From Octopus sinensis (taxonomy: Eukaryota): 64,000 bases of DNA. Every line of letters begins with the position of its first letter. Positions within the stretch are counted from its first letter, which is position 1. The position numbers and the translations under genes were made by a program. The DNA is taken from assembly GCF_006345805.1 (NCBI RefSeq), contig NC_042999.1, forward strand, positions 16,368,001 through 16,432,000. The letters run 5' to 3'. Of the stretch, positions 22,383-34,786 are shown piece by piece. A model generated the notes under the pieces. That model did not search any database, was not told where the DNA came from, and saw only the letters and a list, made by a program, of their open reading frames with translations.

Positions 22383-25280
22383 GGTGGCAAGTTAGGAAAA
22401 TGGTTAGCACGCCAGACGAAATGCTTAGCGGTATTTTTTCGAGCTGGCAGAATCGTTAGCGCACCGGGCGAAATGTTTAGCGGTATTTCGCCTGTCGTTA
22501 CGTTCTGAATTCAAATTCCGCCGAAGTCAACTTCGCCTTTCATCCTTTCGGGGGTCGATAAATTAAGTACCAGTTACGCACTGGGGTCGATGTAATCGAC
22601 TTAATACCTATGTCTCTCCTTGTTTGTCCTCTCTATGTTTAGCCCCTTGTGGGTAATAAAGAAACAGGTATTTCGTCTGCCGCTACGTTCTGAGTTCAAA
22701 TTCCGCCGAGGTCGACTTTGCCTTTCATCCTTTTGGGGCCGATAAATTAAGTACCAGTTACGCACTGGGGTCGATATAATCGACTCAATCCGTTTGTCTG
22801 TCCTTGTTTGTCCTGTCTGTGTGTAGCCCTTTGTTGGTAGTAAAGAAATACGTATTTCTTCAGGTTTAACGTTTTGAGTTCAAATTCCTCTGACGTCGAC
22901 TTCGCCTGTCATTCTTTCACGGTCGATAAGGCGGCGATCTGGCAGAATTGTTAGCACGCCGGGCGAAATGCTTAGCAGTATTTCGTCTGCCGCTACGTTC
23001 TGAGTTCAAATTCCGCCGAGGTCGACTTTGCCTTTCATCCTTTCGGGGTCGATAAATTAAGTACCAGTTACGCACTGGGGTTGATGTAATCGACTAGCGC
23101 CTACCCCAAAATTTGAAGCTTTGTGCCTAGAGTAGAAAAAATTATGAGTTTAAGGCTGTGAGCTGGCAGAAACGTTATCACACCGGGCGAAATGCTTAGC
23201 AGGATTTCGTCTGCCGCTACATTCTCAGTTCAAATTCCGCCGAGGTCGACTTTGCCTTTCATCCTTTCGGGGTCGATTAATTAAGTACCAGTTACGCACT
23301 GGGGTTCGATGTAATCGATTTAATCCTTTTGTCTGTCCTTGTTTGTCTCCTCTATGTTTAGTCCCTTGTGGGCAATAAAGAAATAAGAATCGTTAGCACA
23401 GTGGGCAAAATGCTGAGCGGTATTTCGTCTGTCTTTGTTTTCTGAGTTCAAATTCCGTCGAGTTCGACTTTGCCTTTCATCCTTTCGGGGTCGATAAATT
23501 AAGTACAACTTGCTTACTGAGGTCATTGTAATCGACAAGGGCCCACCCCAAAATTTCAAACCTTATGCCTATAGTAGAAAAGATTATGAGTTCAAGGCGG
23601 CGAGCTGACAGAAACGTTAATACGCCAGGCAAAATGCTTAACGGTATTTCATCTATCTTTGTGTTCTGATTTCAAATTCCGCCGAGGTCGACTTTTCATC
23701 CTTTCGGGGTCGATAAATTAAGTACCAGTTGCATACTGGGATCGATCTAATCGACTGACACCCTCTCCAAAAATTTCGGGCCTTATGCCAAGAGTAGAAA
23801 AGATTCTTTCGCGGTCGATAAAGCAAGTACCAGCTGAGTACCGGGTGGTCTATGTAATCAACTTGCTCCCTCCCCACAAATTTTAGGTTTTGTTCGTGAA
23901 GTAGAAAGGTTTATTATCACAGGCAGCGAGATGGCAGAATCGTTACCGCACCGGACAAAATCCTTAGCGGCATTTCGTCCGTCTTTACGTTCCGAGTTCA
24001 AATTTCGCCGGGGTCGATTTTGCTTTTTATCATTTCGGGATCGATAAAAAAAAACATTTGAACACTGGGGTCGATGTAATGGACAAAATGCTTTGAAGCA
24101 TTTCTGCAGGTTGAACGTTCCAAGTTCAAATTTCTCTGAGGTCGACTTTGCCTGTCATTCTTTCACGGTCGTTCAGATAAGTACCAGTCATGTACTTGGG
24201 ATCAGTGTAATCGACTTGCCCCATCTCCCCAAATACAGGTCTTATTCCTTCGGTAGAAAAGTTAATTATTAGGGGTGGCGAACTGGATAAAGCCGTTGCC
24301 AATCCGGACAAAATGCGTAGCGGTAGTTCGTCTGCCGCTACGTTCTGAGTTCAAACTCCGCCGAGGTCCTCTTCGCCTTTCATCCTTTCGGGGTCGAATA
24401 AATAAGTACCAGTTACGCACTGGAGTCAATGTAATCGACTTAATCCGTTTGTCTGTCCTTGTTTGTCCCCTCTGTATTTAGTCCCTTGTGAGTAGTAAAG
24501 AAATAGGTATTTCGTCCGTCTTCTCGTTCTGAGTTCCGATTCCACCCAGGTCGTCTTTGCCTTTCATTATTTCACTGGGGCCTAACTAATCGACTTAGCA
24601 TCTCCTCTGAAAAGGCTAACCATGAGCCAATATTTGAAACCAGTATCATTCATGCAGTTAAGGCAGTGAGCTGGCGGAATCGTTACCGCATCGGGCAAAA
24701 TGCTGAGCGACATTTCGTCCGTCCTTACGTTCTGAGTTCAAATTCCGCCGAGGTCGATCTTGCCTTTCATCCTTCCGGGGTCGATAAAATAAATACCATT
24801 TGAGTACTGAGGTCGATGTAAACGACTTGCCCCCTCCCCCTAAATTGCTGGCCTTGTGCCAAAATTTGAAATCAATATCATTCATACAGTTAAAGTGAGA
24901 AGCTGGCAGAATCGTTACCGCGCCCAGCAAAACGCTTACCGGCGTTTTGTCCGTCTTTACGCTTTGAGTTCAAATTCCGTTGTAGTCGACTTTGTCCTTC
25001 ATTCTTTCGAGGTCGATAAAACAAGTTGTAGTTGAACTGATTAACACCCTCCTCAAATATTGCAGGCTCTGTGCCTACAGTATAAAAGAATGTTATTCAT
25101 TCTGGTGTATTGTTTCTGTGTTCTGTTCTAAGGACAGTCGATTGGTAGATGCTTTAGAACGCCCGACAAAATACCATGAATTTAATTTCTGCTTAACGTT
25201 CCGAGTTCACTTCTTTCGAAGTCAGCTTCGCCTTTTATTCTTTTGGAGCCAATAAAATTAAGTACCAGTTAAGTACTGGG
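22383..25280 (+). mobile_element. Head-to-tail array of more than 10 SINE family A units
   Basis: Repeated GTTCTGAGTTCAAATTCCGCCGAGGTCGACTTTGCCTTTCATCC core, all same strand, two alternative 3' tails. Confidence 0.93.
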
Positions 25281-25661
25281 AAACACTCCGTCGGTTACGA
25301 CGACAAGGGTTCCGGTTGATCCGAATCAACGGAACAGCCTGCTCGTGAAATTAACGTGTAAGTGGCTGAGCACTCCACAGACAGGTGTACCCGTAACGTA
25401 GTTCTTGGGGATATTCAGCGTGACACAGAGAGTGACAAGGCCGGCCCTTTGAAATACAGGTACAACAGAAACAGGAAGTAAGAGTGAGAGAAAGTTGTGG
25501 TGAAAGAGTACAGCAGGGATCACCACCATCCCCTGCTGGAGCCTCGTGGAGCCTTAGGTGTTTTCGCTCAATAAACACTCACAACGCCCGGTCTGGGAAT
25601 CGAAACCACGATCCTATGACCGCGAGTCCGCTGCCCTAACCACTGGGCCATTGCGCCTCCA
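25281..25661 (-). mobile_element. SINE family C, full length, nested in an A copy with ~15-bp TSD
   Basis: Head GTGGAGGCGCAATGGCCCAGTGGTTAGGGCAGCGGACTCG; CAGTTAAGTACT(G/A)GG at 25266-25280 and 25662-25676. Confidence 0.93.
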
Positions 25662-26115
25662 CAGTTAAGTACTAGGGTCAATACAATCAAATGCTCGTCT
25701 CTCTTACAATTCCAAGTAGTGTGGCTGTGTAAAAACGATTGCTTCCATAATCGTTTTACCACTTCTTTGATTATCGTAACGTTAAATAACAGCTTTGATT
25801 TGAAACTCTCTGAAACAATATTATTCAACGACACCAAAAATGGATAACAATGATGTTAAAACCATCTGTATTTCCAATTATTGCTGCTTCAGATCTGCGG
25901 ATGTAGGTCAGTTAGTGCTGGTCTGATTATTTAAATATCAATAAAGTAAGAGATAAATACCCAAACACTGACATATTTTCGAACATGTTGGCTCGTATTT
26001 CATTGCACTTCTGTTGGAATTCAGAGAATACTAATGCCATGCCTATTCTCGACAACAAATTGATGTAAAGAACTACTTTCTCTTCTCTTTTCCCTGTTCT
26101 TCATATCCAACGCCA

Positions 26116-26169
<54 letters not shown>

Positions 26170-26311
26170 TAAATGAAATAAAACATATGCATATATATAA
26201 ACATATATGTACGTACCTACCTCTACATGTACATATACACGCATATATGAGTACAGGACACCAAAAGGACGTCGAACATATATATATATACATACATTCA
26301 TACACACATAC

Positions 26312-26720
26312 AGGCACAGGCGTGGCAGTGTAGTAAGAAGCTTGCTTCCCAAGCACATGGTTCTGCGTTCAGTCTCACTGCATGGCATCTTGGGTAAGTG
26401 TCTTCTACTGTAATCTTGAGACGACCAAAGACTTGTGAGTGGACTTGGTAGACGGAAATTTAAAGAACCCCGTCGTATATACATATATATATTTTTTTAA
26501 ACACACATACACACACACACACACATATAGGGAGAATTCACAAAAAGAAAAACAAAAGACGAAGACAGATGGTGTAGACAACAAACAAATGTATTAGTAT
26601 AACGCTCGGGAAGTTAAAAAGTCCTTTACGTTTCGAGCCTACGCTCTTCCACAGAAAGGAACACAGAAAGAAACAAGGAGAGAAAATAAAGAATGTGTAG
26701 TAACTAGCGATCTATCATGG

Positions 26721-26776
<56 letters not shown>

Positions 26777-26855
26777 GCAAAATAAGAAAATGGAGAAATA
26801 CACTGCACTCACAACCCCTATCTCAATTTGTATATATATATATATATATATATAT

Positions 26856-26898
<43 letters not shown>

Positions 26899-27091
26899 GT
26901 GTGTCGGTTTTTATCCCGCACACCATCGTTTGACAACCGATGTTGGTGTGTTTACGTCCCCATAACTTAGCAGTTCGCAAAAAAACGATAGAATAAGTAC
27001 TAGGGTTACAAAGAATAAGTCCTGAGGGTCGATTTGTTTGACAAAAGGCGGTGCTCCAGCATGGCTGCAGTCAAATGACTGAAACAAATAA

Positions 27092-27095
<4 letters not shown>
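26312..27095 (+). mobile_element. SINE family B with the 190-bp repeat inserted in its internal microsatellite
   Basis: B head 26312-26470, insert 26528-26720, B tail 26900-27095. Confidence 0.85.
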
Positions 27096-27122
<27 letters not shown>

Positions 27123-27364
27123 GCTTGTTTTAAATCTCTCAGCGACAGATATACAGTAACAGCACCGGACAATAAAGTTTATTTGCCACCAGAATGTGGC
27201 GATCCTCTAAAAGACGATGCTACTGTTGTTTAATCCCCTGGAAAACATCTTTTCCGGCTGGCTATCGACACACAGTCGATGATGATGATGATAATGACGA
27301 TGATGACGATGATGATGATGATGATGACTACGACGACGACCACGACTATGTTGATAACAGCAAC

Positions 27365-27480
27365 AACAGTGCGATCACCTGACCAGACATAGGAAACTGG
27401 ACACTGTTGTAGTGAATAAAAAAGAAAGAACGTATGATTATCGACATAGCATGCCCCGGTGACAACAAGATCAATGTGAA
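27365..27480 (+). mobile_element. R4/Dong-type LINE restriction-like endonuclease fragment
   Basis: QCDH..RHRKLDTVVVNK...IIDIACPGDNKINVK; close inverted copy of 29410-29530. Confidence 0.75.
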
Positions 27481-27499
27481 ATAATAAATAATAATAAAT

Positions 27500-28045
27500 G
27501 TCCTGATGCTGTACCAGGCAGTGGTTCTCATGGCTTCTGATCTTAACTGATTTACATTGTTTTGTCTTGGTATAAAAGATGGGCTAAAGCAAATATTCTG
27601 CTTAACACCACAGATTTACTTGTCAGTTGTTTGACCTTTACCAGTTGAGCGTGTCCCTTGGTGGCTGACGATATGTGCATCTCTGATCACGAGCAGAAGT
27701 AGTGGGGGAGCATCATAGCCATGTGTTGAGAGGGATTCTTTGAGGTTTGAATAATTCACCCCTGGAAACATGGGTATTTTGTTCAACGTCCTTAGGCAAA
27801 CCTTATCCAGGGATCTTTTTAACAGGATAGGCTACTCGACCTGACGAAAATTCTAATTGGGTCCCACTTGTAGGGTCATGCGCTATTTAACTTGATATGA
27901 GATCACCATGTCAAGCACGTGATGCATGTGCCAGGTGTACCCTTATCAGACGGGTAGTCATGATGGGTATATTGGGCTTCGTATATTTTACTCCAGTGTC
28001 ACTTTGATGGCATGCACTGCTCTCTCACTCAATAAAAATAATTAT
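27500..28045 (+). mobile_element. Interspersed retroelement 3' region ending in an (AAT)-type tail
   Basis: Ends ...CAGTGTCACTTTGATGGCATGCACTGCTCTCTCACTCAATAAAAATAATTATT; resembles a repeat end I recall from octopus sequence; single copy in this window. Confidence 0.45.
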
Positions 28046-28252
28046 TATTATGTAAGATTGGTGAATCGATCGTGGTCAAAAAGTCGATTAGAGTCTAGCA
28101 TAAACAAGACTTGTATAGAAAACACAACTGAATCGATAATTGATCAATAAAGTTTATTAATCAATGCACCAACTACACTTCGTCCCATACCGAGATTAGA
28201 CGGGAAATTCCGATAAAATGACAGATGCTATACAACTCCATTTAGAAAGCAA

Positions 28253-28295
<43 letters not shown>

Positions 28296-28305
28296 ATCAT
28301 CATCA

Positions 28306-28361
<56 letters not shown>

Positions 28362-28368
28362 AGAATCG

Positions 28369-28415
<47 letters not shown>
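28253..28415. repeat. (TTA)n microsatellite
   Basis: Direct reading. Confidence 0.97.
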
Positions 28416-28416
<1 letters not shown>

Positions 28417-28669
28417 TTATTGTCTTTGCACAGCTTCTGACGCTGGAGATACACTACCGTGTCAACTGTTAACTTCCAGTGAAACCCCTTAGTTTTCGAG
28501 CACCAACCGGAGTATTCGAGTGGTTCCAAGCTGTGCTGTTTTCTGCAAGTGCTCTACTCTTATTGCAGCCCCTATTTGTTCCACATATTTCTCGAGATTT
28601 TTACTCACAGTTAACAGGGCTCCAACAATTATTGATACTATTAACACCATTTCCAGCGACTACAATTAC

Positions 28670-28670
<1 letters not shown>
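28416..28670 (-). mobile_element. R4/Dong-type LINE 3' end (unit 3)
   Basis: SIIVGALLTVSKNLEKYVEQIGAAIRVEHLQKTAQLGTTRILRLVLEN*, short UTR, (TAA)n tail. Confidence 0.85.
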
Positions 28671-28701
<31 letters not shown>

Positions 28702-28709
28702 ATTATTAT

Positions 28710-28953
28710 TCAGTAGTTTTATTTTTATAGCGTGCTTTCACTTCACTACCGAGCGCAGCTCTGTGTGCCTTGGGTATGTGCTGTGATTTGTTGTGATACT
28801 CTGATGGTTATTGTATGGAAAGTGTTCTGCGTAGGATGTGTGCAGTGCCTAGTAGTGCAATTTTCTGTATGTTATACGTGTTTGTAAGTCCTGGTGTTTT
28901 TGTTATGTATTTGTCTGAATATTTTTTTATCCTGCCTAATGCACCTACTATGA

Positions 28954-28955
<2 letters not shown>
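28710..28955 (-). mobile_element. R4/Dong-type LINE 3' end (unit 2)
   Basis: IIVGALGRIKKYSDKYITKTPGLTNTYNIQKIALLGTAHILRRTLSIQ*, UTR, (TAA)n tail. Confidence 0.9.
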
Positions 28956-29035
<80 letters not shown>

Positions 29036-29094
29036 ACTGTTATTGTTATTATTGTTGTTGTTGTTATTATCATCATCATTATTATTATTATTAT

Positions 29095-29615
29095 ATGAAA
29101 ACTCAGTGCTTATTTTGCTGCGTTCGATGGAAAGTGTCAGCTGCCCACACCCAACAGACTAAGGTGACACTTGTTTACTGGTCATGCTTCAAGAACCCTG
29201 CAAAGAATTCCTGCAATTCCAGGCAATGCTGAATTTTGTAGGTGTTTTACCTTCACACTTGCACCTATCTTTTTCAGCCATGTCGGTAGCTGAGTGCCGA
29301 TACTTCCAAGTGCACCAATTACTATTGGTTTCACGTCTACTCTCCTCATTAACCACAACCTTCATATTTCCCACTTTAAACCGTCATATTTATTTATTTA
29401 TTCTTTCTTCTTTCACATTGATCCTGTTGTCACCGGGGCATGCTATGTTGTTAATCATACATGTTCTTTCTTTTTTTATTCACTACAACAATGTACAGTT
29501 TCCTATGTCTGATCAAGTGATCGCACTGGATCATTACATCCCACAGGATTTTGTAATTCTCATTTTCGGTGAGTCCTTCTGGAATTTGTTCATACCATGT
29601 TTTTGCTCTTTGTAG
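29095..29615 (-). mobile_element. R4/Dong-type LINE 3' end (unit 1) including the endonuclease region
   Basis: WYEQIPEGLTENENYKILWDVMIQCDH...IACPGD...KPIVIGALGSIGTQLPTWLKKIG...HLQNSALPGIAGILCRVLEA*, (TAA)n tail. Confidence 0.9.
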
Positions 29616-29948
29616 GCCGTGATTTCCTGACTATAAAGGTATCGCGAAAGGCCTGGTTGGCAGTCTAATCTTCCAAGTTCTACAGGGCTTAGAAAAAAAA
29701 AGGACCGTTGCAATAAGTGTGTATATCTGAGAGGGGAATATGCTTTGAATAAAGTCATAACTTACTAATCCTCGGGTATATTCTTTTACCCAAAGCCAGA
29801 ATCTTTTCAGCACCTCTTTAATGGAAAGAGTAACCTTCACAATTTTATTGAATTAGGTGCATATTTTGCCATAAAAGGAACACGCTACTATCGTTCTATT
29901 TTATCCATGGTAGGCACTGCCTACCATGACTAGCTAGGCGGTATGTCC

Positions 29949-29983
<35 letters not shown>

Positions 29984-30826
29984 CTAAATTAGAAAAAAAA
30001 ACACCTTTTATCAGTTCAATAATGGAAAAATAAAATATAAGATAAAAACATATACCAATGATTAAGTAAAGTACAAGATGATAAATATAATGTATATAAT
30101 CGGTATATGTATATATATATATATATATAATGAACAGGTTAAATAATTTTCCGTGGTTTTTTAGTCAACCAACAATTATTTGCCGGTAAATGTCGGTATG
30201 TAAATATGAATTTTAGCGTCAGGAACTTCTGTAGAGTTCAGTATATATAGTAAATATAATTAAATTATTTCCACTTGTAGAAAATGGAAATAAACAGTTT
30301 TTGACTGCCATTTCTAATTCCTTCGGTATGCAGCGGAGCAACCTGTTGCCTGCCCTTTTAATTATATTTACTATATATATATATATATAAATTCATAAGT
30401 AAAAGAGTCAAACGGAAGAGTAAGTACGGTTAGGCAGCTTTTTAATCGCTACAAATGTTTCGATACGTACAGATCCTCTTATATACAGGATTTAAAGTTA
30501 AGTTTAAATTAAATTAGTTAACGATTTACCTGAATAAGAAGATCTGTATGTATCTCCTCAGGCGATACTCACTCGCTGTCTCTGTAAGCAAATTTAGATT
30601 TCCATGCTACAACATCCATGGCTTCTTCTTTGAAACTAACAAAACACTGATGGTTTCAATTCGTTCGGTATGAGTGTGTTATCACGTTCGACATGAGCTG
30701 CAATGTGCACGTTGTTTGTTTATTTATTCCGTTTCAACCTGTTTACGAAAAATACATTCATCGAGCTCTATTTGTACACTTATACATTCTTAACAGATCA
30801 CACCTCAACTGACTATATCCATACAT

Positions 30827-31180
30827 GTGGAGGCGCAATGGCCCAGTGGTTAGGGCAGTGGACTCGCGGTCGTAGGATCGCGGTTTCGATTCCCAGACCG
30901 GGCGTTGTGAGTGTTTATTGAGCGAAAACACCTAAAGCTCCACGAGGCTCCGGCAGGGGATGGTGGTGATCCCTGCTGTACTCTTTCACCACAACTTTCT
31001 CTCACTCTTTCTTCCTGTTTCTGTTGTACCTGTATTTCTAAGGGCCGGCCTTGTCACTCTCTGTGTCACGCTGAATATCCCCGAGAACTACGTTAAAGGT
31101 ACACGTGTCTGTGGAGTGCTCAGCCACTTACACGTTAATTTCACGAGCAGGCTGTTCCGTAACCGACGGAGTGCTTCCAT
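30827..31180 (+). mobile_element. SINE family C, near full length
   Basis: Same head and body as 25281-25661 and 51602-51985. Confidence 0.93.
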
Positions 31181-31467
31181 CCCATATTCATACATATATG
31201 TATGTATGTGTGTGTGTGTGTGTTTTACATTGGAATGTGAAGACGCAGGCTGGAAAGCGGAGCATTTTCCAATCGAAGTTGGATGTAGAGTGTTTGTTGG
31301 ACACAGTGTGAGACGACTGTTGTTATCGTTAGGCCTAATTCATCGTAAAGTCAGACCAATATCCAAACTACAGTGGAGAAGGCTAGCCACTTAAAAAAAA
31401 GACGATGAGCAATGGCTAGAGAAATAGTGAGCTTTATCTAATAACCAGCTGATCTAGCAAGTGGAGC

Positions 31468-31512
<45 letters not shown>

Positions 31513-31515
<3 letters not shown>

Positions 31516-31808
31516 CACCGTGACCGACCAGGCTATCAGATGTTGCTACACATCGCTGGTCACAATGCGCTTCGCATTGTTGTAGCCTTCAAATGACGCC
31601 AGCCCGCTGGCTAAGCGAGCTGGCCAACATAAGAAAGAGTGAGGGAAAGTTGTGGCGAAAGAGTACAGCAGGGATCCCCCCCCTGCAGGATCCTCGTGGA
31701 GCTTTAGGTGTTTTCACTCAATAAACACTCACAACACCCGGTCTGGGAATCGAAACCGCGATCCTACGACCGCGAGTCCGCTGCCCTAATCACTGGGCCA
31801 TTGCGCCT

Positions 31809-31811
<3 letters not shown>
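31513..31811 (-). mobile_element. SINE family E (C-type head, different tail), left arm of fold-back
   Basis: Head GTGGAGGCGCAATGGCCCAGTG on minus; tail ...CTGATAGCCTGGTCGGTCACGGTGAT. Confidence 0.9.
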
Positions 31812-31840
<29 letters not shown>

Positions 31841-31843
<3 letters not shown>

Positions 31844-32116
31844 GGCAGCGGACTCGCGGTCGTAGGATCGCGGTTTCGATTCCCAGACCGGGTGTTGTGA
31901 GTGTTATTGAGTGAAAACACCTAAAGCTCCACGAGGATCCTGCAGGGGGGGGGATCCCTGCTGTACTCTTTCGCCACAACTTTCCCTCACTCTTTCTTAT
32001 GTTGGCCTGCTCGCTTAGCCAGCGGGCTGGCGTCATTTGAAGGCTACAACAATGCGAAGCGCATTGTGACCAGCGATGTGTAGCAACATCTGATAGCCCG
32101 GTCGGTCACGGTGATT
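31841..32116 (+). mobile_element. SINE family E, 5'-clipped, right arm of fold-back
   Basis: About 4 differences from the reverse complement of 31513-31788. Confidence 0.9.
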
Positions 32117-32549
32117 ATATATATATATATATATATATATAGTCAGTTGAGGTGTGTCCTGTTAAGAAGGTATAAGAGTACAAATAGAGCTGGATGGATG
32201 TATTTTGCATAATGGTACAGTTTGGCATGAGCAGAATAACATGTTGCAACTGAATAAATAAACAGACTACGTGCACATTGCAGCTCATGTCGAACGTGAT
32301 GGCCCGCATACACATGCTTGCTTCCGGTATGCGGATTTCTCGACTGGTAGCACTTGCATGTGCAAGTTGTTTGCAAGACACATATATATATGCAATCTCA
32401 AGATTAATCAGCCGAAATTGCGAAGATGATCCGGTTCTTGACTGAAGATTGAAGGCTTCGAATGTCCCGTCCGTGTTTTTTGTATCGTCTTCTAAATGTT
32501 TTACGTTCTTGTCCCAGTTTGTATTTTTTTACATTTACACACACACACA

Positions 32550-32595
<46 letters not shown>

Positions 32596-32670
32596 ATTTA
32601 TATATATATATATATATATATTGTTATATTTCGGAATGGTCATATTGCCAGTTTAGCCAATATTTAAACG

Positions 32671-32705
<35 letters not shown>

Positions 32706-33099
32706 TATATATATACAGAGTTTCCGTGTAGTAAATTAACTCACAAGGCATTAGTCATGTCGTATCTATAGCATAAGAAACACACTTGTCCAAGACACAG
32801 CACGCAGTAGGACTGAAACCGAAAGCATATGATTACAAATCGAGCTCAGCATAAATTAATTACTTCACTACGACTTCATGGGATGGATTTTAAGTCTGCT
32901 ACAAAGCTTTCAACCAGTTTATCTTTTACTATTTATGTCCCGCAGTATTATTAGAATACAAATTGATATTCAAAACTATAATGTTATTTTGAATATAGCC
33001 ACATATCTATTAGTAGAAATGAATATCTTAGCTCCGCACAAATCAATAAAGATAGATACTGGTTGAGAAGCAGGACTGCCAGAATATATCCGATATTCA

Positions 33100-34200
33100 A
33101 GAGAATCTTTCACAGTTTTTCCTCTAATGAGGATTGATCGTTGTCCATATTTTCTGATTATCTTACCAAATCATTACAAGCAATCAAAATTAAATCACTC
33201 ACACTATCTTCAACAGATCGTGAATTCAACTGTAATGAAATTAATTACCTCTAAGAAGAAGGTATAATTGAGCCTTTACATTTACTCTGGCGTGCGTAAG
33301 TTCTTGTCATAAAGAACTAATAAACCTCGCTTAGTGATAGTCGACTGACAAACTGTCAATAGTTACTCTCAGTTCGATGCTTACCATTCTGGCTGACATC
33401 CAAAATATTTGAAATGCTGCTACTAAAAATAAAATTTTCTCCAAAATAAACCTGAAACCGAAACGTACTAATTTGTTGTGTTGATAAAACCTATCTCGCA
33501 TTTAAAGGCTAATAAGAAATTGCGAATTTTGTCTATTGCCTTTTGGTTGTCACACAAGTACTTCCATTATTTCAAAAACTAATTGTTTGAGATGCATAGC
33601 CCGATGGCAACATTCTCGTATAATAACTTTGAGGTGACAAAAGACTCGCTGCTTTTATTAACATTATTAAAGAAATTAATCTTACATTGAATAATGACAA
33701 ATATTGTAATTAGTTTTAAGAAATTTGTCTTACTTGGTCTTTACTTGGAAATTGTAGCAAACATCTCGAGCTGCCTGGTTAATACCTTTGATAGATTCTG
33801 TCCATTCACTTCGTTTTGCCCGTCTTTTTAGGATATTTTGCTTAGAACGCTAACTGGATCGAAAATTACTCTAATAAAGTTAAACCATTGTTAATTGCAC
33901 AGCATGAAAAGTGATTTCCATTGAATGCAGACGAATTACCATTTATTGCTACACACATTAAATGCCAATATCGTTACATCGTCTCTGGTCACATCAGATG
34001 AAAAAAGGGGACTATTAATTATTGAGACTGATGCTTGTAGTAAAGTTATCAGTCAAGAACACTATAGCGAACTGAACGAGGACAAACTGCCGTGAAGTTA
34101 GACTCATTGGCAATCATTGAAGCTTTTCGGAAATGAAGTTCTTTCATTGAAGTGTTTCATACACTTGTAAAGACGGACCAACAAGCCGTGGCATTTCCTT
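33100..34200 (+). mobile_element. Highly decayed Ty3/Gypsy pol (RT and RNase H)
   Basis: EEGIIEP..WRA*VLV, KPRLVIVD*QTVNSYSQFDAY, EFCLLPFG, NWIENYSNKVKPLL, IIETDAC, LAIIEAFRK*..TDQQAVAF in correct Gypsy order; many stops and frameshifts. Confidence 0.8.
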
Positions 34201-34495
34201 TTTCAAATGGAAAATTAATTTGATGGCGACTCCTACTATGTTGATTGCTACGAAATGACCTTTAAATGAGGTTCTGATAATGGAACAACAAATTCAATTT
34301 CTCGTACAGTCGGAATAATGAATGGTATGAACAAATGTTATTAACAAATTGTTATCTCAGCAGGATTCAATCGGCCATCCATGTATGACTACCGTCAGCA
34401 GATAAATATATAAGCACCATTAACTATTTTCATTGATAGAAGGGAGTCATTGCGTTCTAAATTTCATAACTTGTACAAACAACAAACCGAGATTT

Positions 34496-34786
34496 GGATC
34501 TTATCGGTTTGAACGGCAGTTTTTAAAATAATTTCCACGTAACTAAACACTTTTAAACTTCGTATACGGGTAGAATGTGTTTATAAAACATCTTTTTCTC
34601 TTGGCTTTATTGAGAAAATTCTATAGTTTGTAAGATATTTGTTGTTTTTCTTCTTCAATTTCTGCAATTTCAACCAATCAGTGACATCTATTGAGGTAAA
34701 AAAAAAACATTTTGTGTCGTATGAATATGTCCCTCGTTTAAGAAACAGATTGGGAGAAAAAACTGCCGTTCAAACCGAAAATATCC
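34496..34786. mobile_element. Internally deleted inverted copy of the 4864-5275 MITE
   Basis: Same TIRs; flanking direct repeat (C)GAGATTT. Confidence 0.88.

Noticed and set aside
30827-30900. tRNA-Arg-like sequence, and similar heads of SINEs A, B and D
   Set aside because: A/B boxes are present but I could not form a complete cloverleaf, and the sequence continues into a shared SINE body in multiple copies.
32435-32475. CTGAAGA...CGAATGTC hammerhead-like motif
   Set aside because: GAAA is broken and stem II is not well formed.
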